A stretch of DNA of 47,815 nucleotides from an uncultured Olsenella sp. (lineage in GTDB: Bacteria; Actinomycetota; Coriobacteriia; Coriobacteriales; Atopobiaceae). Of this stretch, positions 1 through 9,624 are shown piece after piece. The first letter of the stretch is position 1, and the number at the start of each line of letters is the position of its first letter. The stretch covers positions 1 to 47,815 of the forward strand of contig CAUGFC010000001.1 of the NCBI GenBank assembly GCA_959598545.1, read 5' to 3'. The notes under the pieces are model-generated. The model saw only the letters and a list, made by a program, of their open reading frames with translations, searched no databases and had not been told where the DNA came from. The translations under genes were made by a program, and so were the position numbers.

Positions 1-913
1 AGAGCGTGTCGACGCGCGCGAGCGTCTCGACGCAGTAGGCCTGCTGCACGAGGACCATGCGCCGGCCCAGCCGGAAGGTCGCGATGGCGAGGACCGACGA
101 GGTGAGCAGCACGAGTCCCTGGGGGATCATGCCGATCACGGCCGCGACCGAGGTGAGGATCGCGTCGTTCAGGCTTCCGCCGTCCATGAGCCAGGAGCGC
201 AGGAAGAGCCCCAGGCCCAGGGGGACGAGGATCACGGTGCCCAGCCGGATGATCGCCCGCAGCGTGTCCTGGATCTCGGAGCGGACGGCCTTGACGTATT
301 TGGCCTCTGCGTTGATGCGGGCGGCGTAGCCCTCGGCGCCGACGCGCGTGACGCGCGCGACGAGGCTGCCGGCGTCCACGAAGCTCCCCGAGAGCAGCTC
401 GTCGCCGGGGCCCTTGGACACGGGCTTCGCCTCGCCCGTGAGCAGGCTCTCGTTCATGGAGACGAAGCCCTCGACGATGACGGCGTCGGCCGGGACCTGG
501 TCGCCGTGGGAAAGTCTCATGAGGTCGTCGGCCACCAGCTCCGAGGGGGCGATCTGGAGCTCGCCGGCGGCACGCAGGACGGTGACCTCCTTCTGCGTGA
601 GGATGGTCAGCTTGTCCACCATGCGCTTGGCGCGGATCTCCTGCGTGACGCCGATGAGCAGGTTGGCGCCGACGACGCACATGAAGAGCATGTTGCGGTA
701 CTGGCCCGTGAGCATCACGAGCACGGCGAGCGCGAGGTTCACCCCGTTGAAGAGCGTGAGGGCGTGCTCGGCCACGATCTGGCGAACGGGCTTGGTCTTG
801 ACGTCGGTGTTGGCGTTGGTGCGCCCGGCCGCGACGCGCTCCGCGACCTCCTCGTCAGTGAGGCCGACGGGCGCAGCGTTCCTCTCGTCAGGGCACTTCT
901 CGTCAGGCGTCAT
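1..913 (-). CDS. Cation-translocating P-type ATPase (CtpE-like), 5' part; runs off the window
   Basis: Manual translation from ATG 913 (GGGAGG upstream): MTPDEK...GLTDEEVAERVAAGRTN..., DQVPAD, MNESLLTGEAKPVSK (TGE actuator motif), MIPQGLVLLTS, VLVQQAYCVETLARVDTL. Absent from the ORF track because it has no stop in the window. Confidence 0.9.
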   Translation of the reverse strand, partial: MTPDEKCPDERNAAPVGLTDEEVAERVAAGRTNANTDVKTKPVRQIVAEHALTLFNGVNLALAVLVMLTGQYRNMLFMCVVGANLLIGVTQEIRAKRMVDKLTILTQKEVTVLRAAGELQIAPSELVADDLMRLSHGDQVPADAVIVEGFVSMNESLLTGEAKPVSKGPGDELLSGSFVDAGSLVARVTRVGAEGYAARINAEAKYVKAVRSEIQDTLRAIIRLGTVILVPLGLGLFLRSWLMDGGSLNDAILTSVAAVIGMIPQGLVLLTSSVLAIATFRLGRRMVLVQQAYCVETLARVDTL

Positions 914-1039
914 CTCATCCCTCCCGATAGACACGGGCTTCATTGTGCCACGGGCCGCCCCGCCCCGCCCAAAGCTTACGAAAAAGAGAGAATGGCTCCA
1001 TGCCGCCCGGCCCGGCCCACGCGCCCGCGGCGATTCGGC

Positions 1040-1045
1040 TATACT
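1040..1045 (+). promoter_or_regulatory. Putative -10 element (TATACT) of the tRNA-Arg promoter
   Basis: Near-consensus hexamer 10 nt upstream of the tRNA 5' end, in very GC-rich DNA. Confidence 0.6.
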
Positions 1046-1055
1046 CTTCCAGCAC

Positions 1056-1132
1056 GCGCCCATAGCTCAGTGGATTAGAGCGTCTGCCTCCGGAGCAGAA
1101 GGTCGTGGGTTCGAATCCCCCTGGGCGCACCA
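1056..1132 (+). tRNA. tRNA-Arg (anticodon CCG)
   Basis: Acceptor stem GCGCCCA/TGGGCGC, D-arm TAGCTCAGTGGATTAGAGC, anticodon arm TCTGC-CT-CCG-GA-GCAGA, T-loop TTCGAAT, encoded CCA end. Confidence 0.97.
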
Positions 1133-1143
1133 CCGTCTTGGCT

Positions 1144-1174
1144 GCCGCCGGGCCCCTCGCCCGGCGGCTTTCTT
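1144..1174 (+). terminator. Intrinsic terminator after tRNA-Arg
   Basis: Perfect 10-bp stem GCCGCCGGGC/GCCCGGCGGC followed by TTTCTT. Confidence 0.85.
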
Positions 1175-1257
1175 GTCGGGCGTGCTCGTAACCTACCGGC
1201 CACATGCGCGTGGTACCATCACCCGGCAGCAGGACGACCTAGGACCGGGAGGCAACC

Positions 1258-2283
1258 ATGATCGCAGTCGTCAGGGACACCGCCACCACAGAGCAGCTCG
1301 ACCATCTGGTCGGCTGGATCGAGGACCGCGGGTTCAGGACCAACGTCTCCCAGGGAGACAACGAGACCATCATCGGGATCATCGGCGACACCACGCGCAT
1401 CGACCCCTTCATTCTCGAGAGCATGGACATCGTCGAGCGCGTGCAGCGCGTCTCGGAGCCCTACAAGCTCGCCAACCGCAAGTTCCACCCCGAGGACACC
1501 GTCGTCGACTGCGGCCACGGCGTGCTCGTGGGCGGCGGCAACTTCCAGGTCATCGCCGGGCCGTGCTCGGTGGAGGGCGACAACCTCATCGAGATCGCTC
1601 GGGCCGTGAAGGCCGCCGGCGCCACGATGCTGCGCGGCGGCGCGTTCAAGCCGCGCACGAGCCCCTACACCTCCCAGGGCATGGGCGCACGCGGCCTCGA
1701 CCTCCTCATGGAGGCGGGCGCCGAGCTGGACATGCCGGTGGTGAGCGAGGTCATGGACCCGCGCGACGTGCAGCTCTTCCTCGACAAGGGCGTCGACGTC
1801 CTGCAGATCGGCGCGCGCAACGCCCAGAACTTCACGCTCCTGCGCGAGGTCGGCCAGACCCGCGTCCCGGTCCTGCTCAAGCGCGGCATGTCCGAGACCA
1901 TCGACGAGCTGCTCATGGGGGCCGAGTACGTCATGAGCGGCGGCAACGCCAACGTCATGCTCTGCGAGCGCGGCATCCGCACCTTCGAGACGAGGACCCG
2001 CAACACGTTCGACGTCAACGCCATTCCGGTCCTCCACCACCTGACGCACCTGCCCGTCGTGGGCGACCCGAGCCATGCCACGGGCTACACGCGCTACGTC
2101 CGCCCGGGCGCCTACGCGGCCGTCGCCGCCGGCGCCGACGCCCTCGAGATCGAGGTCCACGACTGCCCGAGCCGCGCATGGTCGGACGGCTCCCAGGCAC
2201 TCACGCCCGCGCAGTTCGCGGACGCCATGCGGCGCATCGCGCTCATCCGCGAGGCTGTCGTCGCACCCGTCGAGGAGGCCTAG
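1258..2283 (+). CDS. aroF: 3-deoxy-7-phosphoheptulonate (DAHP) synthase, class I-beta with N-terminal regulatory domain
   Basis: IAGPCSVE, RGGAFKPRTSPY, QIGARN, LLKRG, LCERGIRTFE and DPSH motifs; GGAGG RBS. Confidence 0.93.
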   Translation: MIAVVRDTATTEQLDHLVGWIEDRGFRTNVSQGDNETIIGIIGDTTRIDPFILESMDIVERVQRVSEPYKLANRKFHPEDTVVDCGHGVLVGGGNFQVIAGPCSVEGDNLIEIARAVKAAGATMLRGGAFKPRTSPYTSQGMGARGLDLLMEAGAELDMPVVSEVMDPRDVQLFLDKGVDVLQIGARNAQNFTLLREVGQTRVPVLLKRGMSETIDELLMGAEYVMSGGNANVMLCERGIRTFETRTRNTFDVNAIPVLHHLTHLPVVGDPSHATGYTRYVRPGAYAAVAAGADALEIEVHDCPSRAWSDGSQALTPAQFADAMRRIALIREAVVAPVEEA

Positions 2284-3162
2284 GTGTCTGACGAGAGAAA
2301 CGAGTCGCCGACGTTCGTCCCCGGCCGCTGCGGCGTGGTGAGCCTCGGGCTCATGGGCGGCTCCTTCGCCAAGGCGTTCGCCGCCGCGGGCGTCGAGGTC
2401 TTCGCCTGGAACCGCACGCGCTCCACGCTCGAGCTCGCCATGATCGAGACCGTGACGGGCGAGCTCGACGAGACGACGATACCCACCTGCGAGCTCATCG
2501 TGCTCGCCGGCTACCCGGCCTCCACGGTTGAGTGGCTGGAGCGCTACGCCGCGCTCGTCTCGCCCGGCGCCATCGTCATCGACACGGTTGGTGTCAAGCG
2601 CGTCATCTGCGAGCGCTGCGAGGCGCTGTGCGAGCCGTACCCGTTCACGTTCGTGGGCTGCCACCCGATGGCGGGGACGCAGTACTCCGGCTTCGCCCGC
2701 GCGCGGGCGACCATGTTCAAGGGCGCACCCATGGTGGTCGTCCCGCCCGAGATGGACGACCTCGAGCGCGCGACGGTGCTCGAGCGCCTGAAGGGACTGC
2801 TCGAGCCCTGCCAGTTCGGCAGCTTCACACTGGCCACCGCAGAGGAGCACGACCGCAACATCGCCTTCACCTCACAGCTCGCCCACGTGGTGTCCAACGC
2901 CTACGTCAAGAGCCCGACGGCACGAGACCACCGGGGCTTCTCCGCGGGAAGCTACAAGGACCTCACCCGCGTGGCGCGCCTGAACGCGCCCATGTGGACC
3001 GAGCTCTTCCTGGACAACGCCGACTTCCTCGGCGAGGAGCTCGACACCGTCATAGAGAGCCTGTCGGCATATCGCGACGCGCTCGCCGCGCTTGACGCCG
3101 AGCGGCTCGAGGCGCTTCTCGCCGAGGGCGACCGAATCAAGCGCGAGATCGAGGGCAGGTAG
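2284..3162 (+). CDS. tyrA: Prephenate dehydrogenase
   Basis: N-terminal Rossmann-like SLGLMGGS, FVGCHPMAG, EEHD...TSQLAH, YKDLTRVA, MWTELF; lies within the aro cluster. Confidence 0.92.
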   Translation: MSDERNESPTFVPGRCGVVSLGLMGGSFAKAFAAAGVEVFAWNRTRSTLELAMIETVTGELDETTIPTCELIVLAGYPASTVEWLERYAALVSPGAIVIDTVGVKRVICERCEALCEPYPFTFVGCHPMAGTQYSGFARARATMFKGAPMVVVPPEMDDLERATVLERLKGLLEPCQFGSFTLATAEEHDRNIAFTSQLAHVVSNAYVKSPTARDHRGFSAGSYKDLTRVARLNAPMWTELFLDNADFLGEELDTVIESLSAYRDALAALDAERLEALLAEGDRIKREIEGR

Positions 3163-3164
3163 CC

Positions 3165-4238
3165 ATGAGGCGGATACGCGTCGACACAAGCTCGAGGGCC
3201 TATGACGTCGTGGTGGGCGCCGGCCTGCTCGCCCGAGTCGGGGACCTCGTGCGTGACGTTGTCGGGACGGCGCGCTGCTGCGTCGTGACCGAGACCAACG
3301 TGGGCCCGCTCTACGCCGAGGCCGTCGAGGCGTCCCTCTCCGCCGCGGGACTCGAGGTCGCGCCCCGCGTGGCCTTCCCCGCCGGCGAGGCGAGCAAATC
3401 GCTCGCCACGCTCGCCACCATCCTCGAGGGCCTCGCGGAGCGCGGGCTCACGAGAGACGACGTCGTGGTCGCCCTCGGCGGCGGCGTGACGGGCGACATG
3501 GCCGGGCTTGCCGCGGCCCTCTACCTGCGAGGGATTGCCGTCGTGCAGGTTCCCACGTCCCTTCTGGCGATGGTCGACTCCTCCGTCGGCGGCAAGACGG
3601 CGGTTGACCTGCCGGCCGGAAAGAACCTCGTGGGCGCGTTCTGGCAGCCGCGCCTCGTCGTGGCGGACGTCGAGACGCTCTCCACGGTCCCCGACGAGCT
3701 CTTCCGGGACTCCTGCGGCGAGGTCGTCAAGCACGCCGTGCTCGCCGATGCGCAGATGCTCGAGGAGCTCGCGCAGCGGCCGCTCACGTCAGCGCGCGAC
3801 GTCGAGCGCCTCGAGGACGTGGTGGCCCGCAACGTCGCCATCAAGCGTGACGTGGTGAGCGCCGACGAGCGGGAGCGCGGGCTTCGCCAGACCCTCAACC
3901 TCGGGCACACCATCGGCCATGCCATCGAGGCGGCAGGCGACTTCTCGCTCGGTCACGGCTCGTGCGTCGCGGCCGGGCTCTGCATGATGGCGCGTGCCGC
4001 GGCGGCGCGCGGCTGGTGCGCAGACGAGACGGCGGTGCGCATCGAGCGCTGCGTTGCCGCGCACGGCCTCCCGACCGACTCAGACCTTCCCACAGACGAG
4101 CTCATGGGCTACGTGGCCCATGACAAGAAGCGGCACGGCGACGGCGTGAACGTCGTCATCCCGCGCGAGATCGGCAGCTGCGAGGTGCGACGCGTGAGCA
4201 TGGACGAGCTCCGGCAGCTCGTCGAGCTCGGACGCTAG
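3165..4238 (+). CDS. aroB: 3-dehydroquinate synthase
   Basis: GEASKS, ALGGGVTGDMAG, PTSLLAMVDSSVGGKT, GKNLVGAF, LNLGHTIGHAIE, DKK. Confidence 0.96.
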   Translation: MRRIRVDTSSRAYDVVVGAGLLARVGDLVRDVVGTARCCVVTETNVGPLYAEAVEASLSAAGLEVAPRVAFPAGEASKSLATLATILEGLAERGLTRDDVVVALGGGVTGDMAGLAAALYLRGIAVVQVPTSLLAMVDSSVGGKTAVDLPAGKNLVGAFWQPRLVVADVETLSTVPDELFRDSCGEVVKHAVLADAQMLEELAQRPLTSARDVERLEDVVARNVAIKRDVVSADERERGLRQTLNLGHTIGHAIEAAGDFSLGHGSCVAAGLCMMARAAAARGWCADETAVRIERCVAAHGLPTDSDLPTDELMGYVAHDKKRHGDGVNVVIPREIGSCEVRRVSMDELRQLVELGR

Positions 4239-4271
4239 CGACGTCGCGTTTCCCGCCCGCCTCTGCTCGTA

Positions 4272-4393
4272 CGGTATGCGCAATCGCTTGTGGTATGCGC
4301 AGCCCATCAGTCTCCCGTAATTCTCGCCACCCTTCCTAGCTGCGGATACTTGCGGAGACGAGTTGCGCATACCGCAGCGATTTGCGCATACCG
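4272..4393. repeat. Intergenic mirrored repeat element (two GGTATGCGCA forward, two reverse, 19-bp period)
   Basis: GGTATGCGCA at 4273 and 4292; TGCGCATACC at 4364 and 4383. Arms 4272-4303 and 4362-4393 are near reverse complements. Confidence 0.85.
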
Positions 4394-4513
4394 CGCAGAT
4401 CGCGCCGCGAGAACTGGAAAGGCGATCGCGTTTCTCGCCTGTGACGGGGCGCGCGTCGCAGCCGACAACGCGCTAGCATGGACGCGCACACACCCGAGAG
4501 GAACGGCGGCAGC

Positions 4514-5800
4514 TTGAACATCACCGTACAACCCGGGGCGCTCACCGGCGAGGTCCGCGCCCCCGCCTCCAAGTCGGAGGCCCATCGCGCGCTGATCTGC
4601 GCCGCGTTCGCGCCGGGGACGACCGACCTCGCCTGCTCGACGACCTCGGCGGACATCGATGCCACGGTACGCTGCCTCGAGGCGCTCGGGGCGCGCGTCG
4701 CCCGGACGAGGGCCGGCTTCCGCGTGCGCCCCGTTCCCGGGAGCTCCGCTACCGACAACATCCCCTCGCCGCACGTAAACGCGACTCTCGACTGTGGGGA
4801 GTCCGGCTCGACGCTTCGCTTCATGCTGCCCGTGGCCTGCGCGCTGGGGACCGGCGCCTCCCTCGTCGGCCACGGCAGGCTGCCCGAGCGGCCGCTCTCC
4901 CCGCTCTACGAGGAGCTCGTCGCCCACGGCGCGGAGCTCTCGCCGCAGGGTCGGATGCCGCTCGAGCTGCCCGGCAACGTCTCCTCCCAGTACGTGAGCG
5001 GGCTGCTCCTCGCCGCGCCGCTGCTGCGCGCGCCGGTCGAGATCGTCGTCACGGAACCGGTCGAGTCACGCCCCTACATCGACCTCACCGCATACGTGCT
5101 GGAGCGCTTTGGCGTCGAGGTCACCTGTGAGCGGCGCACGCTCGAGTCCGGCCGCGGCGCGCTCGCATGGGACGCCTGCGTCCCGAACGGCCTGGCGTCG
5201 CCCGGCTCGCTCGAGGTCGGGGGCGACTGGTCGAACGCCGCGTTCTGGTTCGCGGCAGGGGCGCTCGGCGCCTCGGGCGTGGCCGTACGCGGGCTCGACC
5301 CCCAAAGCGCCCAGGGCGACCGACGCATCCTCGCCGCGCTCTCGCTGCTCGGGGCCCACGTCCTGCGCTCGCCCGAGGGAGCCGCCGTACGACCGGGGAG
5401 CCTCAGGGGTGCCACCCTGGACGTGAGCGACTGCCCCGACCTCGTGCCGCCGCTCGCCGCGGTCGCCGCCTGCGCCGAGGGCACCACCCGGATATGCGGC
5501 GCCGCGCGACTGCGCCTCAAGGAGTCCGACCGCCTCGAGACCGTCTCGGCGGCCCTGCGCGCGCTCGGCGGAAGCGCGGCCGTCACCGAGGACGGCCTCG
5601 TAATCGAGGGTCGGACGCAGCTCTCCGGAGGAACCGTTGACGCCGCCAACGACCACCGCATCGCAATGATGGCGGCGGTGCTCGCCGCGCGCTGCGTCGG
5701 TCCCGTGACCATCCTCGGCGCCGAGTGTGCCGACAAGTCCTACCCGCGCTTCTACGAGGACCTCGCCTCGCTCGGGGGCGCCTGGCAGAAGGAGGCCTGA
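4514..5800 (+). CDS. aroA: EPSP synthase (3-phosphoshikimate 1-carboxyvinyltransferase); possible internal in-frame deletion
   Basis: SKSEAHR, DCGESGSTLRF, RP, VSSQY, DCPDL, RLKESDRL, DHRIAM, KSYPRF. TTG start at 4514 chosen for the GAGAGG upstream; ATG 4478 is an alternative. Confidence 0.93.
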   Translation: MNITVQPGALTGEVRAPASKSEAHRALICAAFAPGTTDLACSTTSADIDATVRCLEALGARVARTRAGFRVRPVPGSSATDNIPSPHVNATLDCGESGSTLRFMLPVACALGTGASLVGHGRLPERPLSPLYEELVAHGAELSPQGRMPLELPGNVSSQYVSGLLLAAPLLRAPVEIVVTEPVESRPYIDLTAYVLERFGVEVTCERRTLESGRGALAWDACVPNGLASPGSLEVGGDWSNAAFWFAAGALGASGVAVRGLDPQSAQGDRRILAALSLLGAHVLRSPEGAAVRPGSLRGATLDVSDCPDLVPPLAAVAACAEGTTRICGAARLRLKESDRLETVSAALRALGGSAAVTEDGLVIEGRTQLSGGTVDAANDHRIAMMAAVLAARCVGPVTILGAECADKSYPRFYEDLASLGGAWQKEA

Positions 5801-6915
5801 TGCCCTCTACGCTCGGAACTGCGCTCCGCGTGAGCGTGTTCGGCCAGTCCCACTCCCCCGCCGTCGGCTGCGTGGTCGAGGGCCTGCCCGCCGGCCTGCG
5901 CGTCGACCAGGACGCGCTCGCCGCCTTCGTGGCTCGCCGCGCGCCCGGCTCCGACCCGTGGGGCACCCCGCGCAGGGAGCCCGACGCGGCCCGCATCGTC
6001 TCCGGCCTGAACTCGCGCGGGGAGACCTGCGGGGCGCCTCTCGCCGCCGTGATCGAAAACACCAACACGCGCTCGCACGACTACGACAACCTGCTCGACG
6101 TGCCGCGCCCCGGCCATGCGGACTTCGCCGCGTGGGCGAAGTGGCACGGCGCACAGGACGTGCCGGGCGGCGGGCACTTCTCGGGACGTCTCACCGGTCC
6201 GCTCTGCGTGGCGGGCGGCATCGCACTGCAGTGGCTCGCCACACGTGGCGTCACCGTGCGTGCGCACGTCGCCGAGCTCGCCGGCATCGAGGACGCGCCC
6301 TTCTCGGCGCTCGACAACTCCCCCGCGGCTAACGCCGAGCTCGCACGACAGATGGACGCCCTCGCCGACGGCCGCCGTGTGCCGACGATAGACGCGCGGG
6401 CCGGCGAGCGCATGGTCGACGCCGTCATAGCGGCGCGCGGCGAGAAGGACACGCTGGGCGGCATCGTGGAGTGCGTGGCCACCGGCCTCCCGGCCGGTAC
6501 GGGCTCCCCCATGTTTGACGGCATGGAGAACGTCCTCGCGCGCGGGCTCTTCGGGATTCCCTCGGTCAAGGGCGTTGAGTTCGGTCGGGGCTTTGCTGCC
6601 GCACGCCTGCGCGGGACGCAGAACAACGACGCCTACGAGGTGCGCGATGGCGCCTGCGTGCCGCGGACCAACAACGCGGGCGGCATCCTCGGCGGCATCA
6701 CCACCGGAGCGCCGCTGCTCGTGCGCTGCGCCTTCAAGCCCATCTCCAGCGTCATGGTCGAGCAGGACTCCGTGGACCTCAGCACGATGGAGCCGGCGAG
6801 GCTCGAGGTCCACGGACGCCACGACACCACGGCCGTGCTCCGCGCGGTGCCCGTCGTCGAGGCCGTCTGCGCGCTCGGCATAGCGGACGCGCTGCTCGCC
6901 TGGCCGGCGGAGTAG
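5800..6915 (+). CDS. aroC: Chorismate synthase
   Basis: FGQSHSPAVG, PRPGHAD, GGGHFSGRLT, KGVEFG, NNAGGILGGIT, GRHD. ATG overlaps the aroA stop (TGATG). Confidence 0.95.
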   Translation: MPSTLGTALRVSVFGQSHSPAVGCVVEGLPAGLRVDQDALAAFVARRAPGSDPWGTPRREPDAARIVSGLNSRGETCGAPLAAVIENTNTRSHDYDNLLDVPRPGHADFAAWAKWHGAQDVPGGGHFSGRLTGPLCVAGGIALQWLATRGVTVRAHVAELAGIEDAPFSALDNSPAANAELARQMDALADGRRVPTIDARAGERMVDAVIAARGEKDTLGGIVECVATGLPAGTGSPMFDGMENVLARGLFGIPSVKGVEFGRGFAAARLRGTQNNDAYEVRDGACVPRTNNAGGILGGITTGAPLLVRCAFKPISSVMVEQDSVDLSTMEPARLEVHGRHDTTAVLRAVPVVEAVCALGIADALLAWPAE

Positions 6916-6960
6916 CCAGTTGCATCGGCCGGGACTCAAACCACCTACGAAAGGCAGAAC

Positions 6961-8112
6961 ATGGCAGGGCTCTCTGACCTCAGGAGACAGATCGACGACA
7001 TCGACGCGCGCATCTTCGAGCTCTTCGTCCGTCGTGCCGAGGTCGCGGAGGGCGTAGCCGCCTACAAGCGCGAGAGCGGGATGCGCGTCTTCGACCCCGC
7101 GCGCGAGCGGGCCAAGGTCGCCGACGCCGCCGCGCGCGTCCCGGAGGACCTCGCCACCTACGCACAGGTCATGATGGAGGTCCTCATGGAGGCGTCACGG
7201 GCCCGACAGCACGAGCTCCTCGGCGACGTCGCGGGGGACGACACGCTGGGGCGCATCAGCGCCGCCCGTGCCGCGACGCCCGAGCTCTTCCCGCCGTCGG
7301 CGCGCGTCGCATGCCAGGGCGTGGAGGGCGCCTACTCGCAGATCGCCGCCGAGAAGATCTTCCGGCGACCGCAGATCGCCTACTCCCCCACCTTCGACGG
7401 GGTCTTCTCGGCCGTCGAGCAGGGCCTCGCCCGCTACGGCGTGCTCCCGCTCGAGAACTCCACCGCCGGGACGGTGAACCAGCTCTACGACCTCATGATG
7501 GAGCACTCCTTCCACATCGTGCGCACCACGCGCGTCAAGGTCGACCACAACCTGCTGGCCAACGCCGGCGCCACGCTCTCCGGGCTGCGCGACATCTACA
7601 GCCACGAGCAGGCGATCTCCCAGTGCGCCGAGTTCCTCTCCGGTCTGCCCGACGTCCGCGTCCACGTATGCGAGAACACCGCGGTGGCCGCCCAGCGCGT
7701 CGCCGAGTCCGGCCGCACGGACGCCGCCGCCCTCTCGTCGCTCCCCTGCGCCGACCTCTACGGGCTCCAGGTGCTCTCCGCGAGCGTCCAGGACCGCGAC
7801 AACAACTACACGCGCTTCGCCTGTATCTCCAAGGAGCTCGAGGTCTACCCCGGCGCAGACCGGACCTCGCTCATGATCGTGCTGCCGCACGAGCCCGGCT
7901 CGCTCTACAAGCTGCTCGCGAAGTTCTACGCACTCGACATCAACCTCCTGAAGCTCGAGAGCCGCCCCATCCCGGAGCGCGACTTCGAGTTCATGTTCTA
8001 CTTCGACCTCGAGTGCCCCGTCGCGGCCCCGGAGTTCTCGTCCCTCATGGCGACGATCGGCGGGCACTGCCAGGAGTGCCGCTATCTCGGCAGCTACGCG
8101 GAGGTGCTCTAG
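6961..8112 (+). CDS. pheA: Bifunctional chorismate mutase / prephenate dehydratase
   Basis: LRRQIDDID chorismate-mutase helix, QGVEGAYS, PLENSTAG, SHEQAISQC, NYTRF, and an ACT domain with LESRP. Confidence 0.95.
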   Translation: MAGLSDLRRQIDDIDARIFELFVRRAEVAEGVAAYKRESGMRVFDPARERAKVADAAARVPEDLATYAQVMMEVLMEASRARQHELLGDVAGDDTLGRISAARAATPELFPPSARVACQGVEGAYSQIAAEKIFRRPQIAYSPTFDGVFSAVEQGLARYGVLPLENSTAGTVNQLYDLMMEHSFHIVRTTRVKVDHNLLANAGATLSGLRDIYSHEQAISQCAEFLSGLPDVRVHVCENTAVAAQRVAESGRTDAAALSSLPCADLYGLQVLSASVQDRDNNYTRFACISKELEVYPGADRTSLMIVLPHEPGSLYKLLAKFYALDINLLKLESRPIPERDFEFMFYFDLECPVAAPEFSSLMATIGGHCQECRYLGSYAEVL

Positions 8113-8113
8113 C

Positions 8114-9433
8114 GTGGACGACGAGAAGGGCCGCTCGGCCGAGACAAAGGAGTACCGTCCCGCACCCGCCCCCTACGGCCTGGTCGGCCACCCGCTCGGC
8201 CACAGCTGGTCGCCGCAGATTCACGAGCGGCTGGGCTCGGAGCCGTATGCCCTCCACGACCTCGCTCCCGACGAGGTCGAGCCGTTCCTTCGCAGCGGCG
8301 CCTGGAGGGGCCTCAACGTGACCATCCCCTACAAGCGCCTTGCGGCGGAAGTCGCCGACGTGCGCTCCCCCGCCGTCGCCCGGCTCGGTGCCGCCAACAC
8401 GCTCGTCCGAGACGAGGGCGGGCGGATCGTCGCCGAGAACACCGACGTCCTCGGCTTCTCGTGGATGCTGGACCGCTTCTGCCGCACGCGGCTGGGCGGA
8501 TCCCCGCACGAGCTTCTCGGGGGCCGCAAGGTCCTCGTCCTCGGCAGCGGCGGGGCCTCCGCAGCGGTGCGCGACGCTCTCGAGCACGTGGTGGGCGCAC
8601 GGACGGTGACGATCTCGCGCGGCGGCCCCGAGACCTACGACGGTCTCGTCGGGCGGCACTCCGACGCCGTCCTTCTCGTCAACGCCACCCCCGTGGGCAT
8701 GTACCCCGCATGCCCGGCCTCGCCGGTCCCCGTGGAGACCCTCTCCGCGCTCACGTGCCTCCTCGGCGTGCTCGACGTGATCTACAACCCGCTTCGGACC
8801 GGCCTCTGCCTCGCGGCCGAGCGACTGGGCCTGCCCGCCGAGTCCGGCCTCGCCATGCTCGTCGCGCAGGCGCTCTACGCCAGCGAGCTCTTCCAAGGAA
8901 GGGAGCTCGACGACGCGCTCGTTGACGAGGTCGAGTACGACCTGCTGGCCCGCACCCGCAACGTCGTGCTCGTCGGCATGCCGGGCGTGGGCAAGTCGAG
9001 CTGCGGGCGCGAGCTTGCACGGCTGCTCGGGCGGCCCTTCGTCGACCTCGACGACGCCGTCACCATAGAGTCCGGGCGGACGCCGGCACAGATCATCTCC
9101 GAGGACGGCGAGGCGGCCTTCCGTGACGTCGAGACCCGGGTCGCGGGGACATACGGCTCACGCTCCGGCCTCGTCATCGCCTGCGGGGGCGGCATCGTCA
9201 CGCGCGGCGAGAACCGCGACCTCCTGAGGCAGAACGGCACGATCGTCCAGCTCGAGCGCCCGCTCGACGGCCTGAGCCTCGAGGGTCGTCCCGTCTCGAG
9301 GGAACGGGGGCTCGAGCAACTGGCCGCCGAGCGCATGCCGTTGTACCGTTCGTGGGCGGATCTGGTTCTGCCCTGCACCGGGTCGGCGGCCGGGGACGCC
9401 CGCGCCATCGCCGAGCGTCTCGCCCTCGAGTGA
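8114..9433 (+). CDS. aroE: Fused shikimate dehydrogenase + shikimate kinase (AroE-AroK)
   Basis: GHSWSP, NVTIPYK, NTD, LGSGGA, NATPVGM, DVIYNP, then a kinase domain with GMPGVGKS P-loop, GEAAFR and ACGGGIV. Confidence 0.92.
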   Translation: MDDEKGRSAETKEYRPAPAPYGLVGHPLGHSWSPQIHERLGSEPYALHDLAPDEVEPFLRSGAWRGLNVTIPYKRLAAEVADVRSPAVARLGAANTLVRDEGGRIVAENTDVLGFSWMLDRFCRTRLGGSPHELLGGRKVLVLGSGGASAAVRDALEHVVGARTVTISRGGPETYDGLVGRHSDAVLLVNATPVGMYPACPASPVPVETLSALTCLLGVLDVIYNPLRTGLCLAAERLGLPAESGLAMLVAQALYASELFQGRELDDALVDEVEYDLLARTRNVVLVGMPGVGKSSCGRELARLLGRPFVDLDDAVTIESGRTPAQIISEDGEAAFRDVETRVAGTYGSRSGLVIACGGGIVTRGENRDLLRQNGTIVQLERPLDGLSLEGRPVSRERGLEQLAAERMPLYRSWADLVLPCTGSAAGDARAIAERLALE

Positions 9434-9535
9434 GGGGTTCGCCCGCGAGGCGACGGAAACGGCACAAATACACCGCATTTCTCACCGTCTGCGAGACCGC
9501 TCGCCGACGCGCCGCACCATCGGCGCCGCGGACCC

Positions 9536-9541
9536 TATACT
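9536..9541 (+). promoter_or_regulatory. Putative -10 element (TATACT) for the EIIB-aroQ gene
   Basis: Same hexamer as in front of the tRNA, in the ~190-nt gap after aroEK. Confidence 0.5.
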
Positions 9542-9624
9542 TCTCTGGAACGACGCACGTGACATGATGGGTGAGTGAGGAGACGGGGCTCCCACTTGCG
9601 ATTCGACGACGGAAGGGTCGCGAA

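Noticed and set aside
1110..1132. tRNA 3' end as the attachment site of an island
   Set aside because: No convincing downstream duplication was found (a short match near 8593 lies inside aroE) and there is no integrase in the window.
348..2291. Long alternative-frame ORFs (e.g. 348-2291, 14833-17775, 17159-19765, 20773-23088)
   Set aside because: Shadow ORFs typical of high-GC DNA; they overlap well-supported genes and carry no recognisable motifs.
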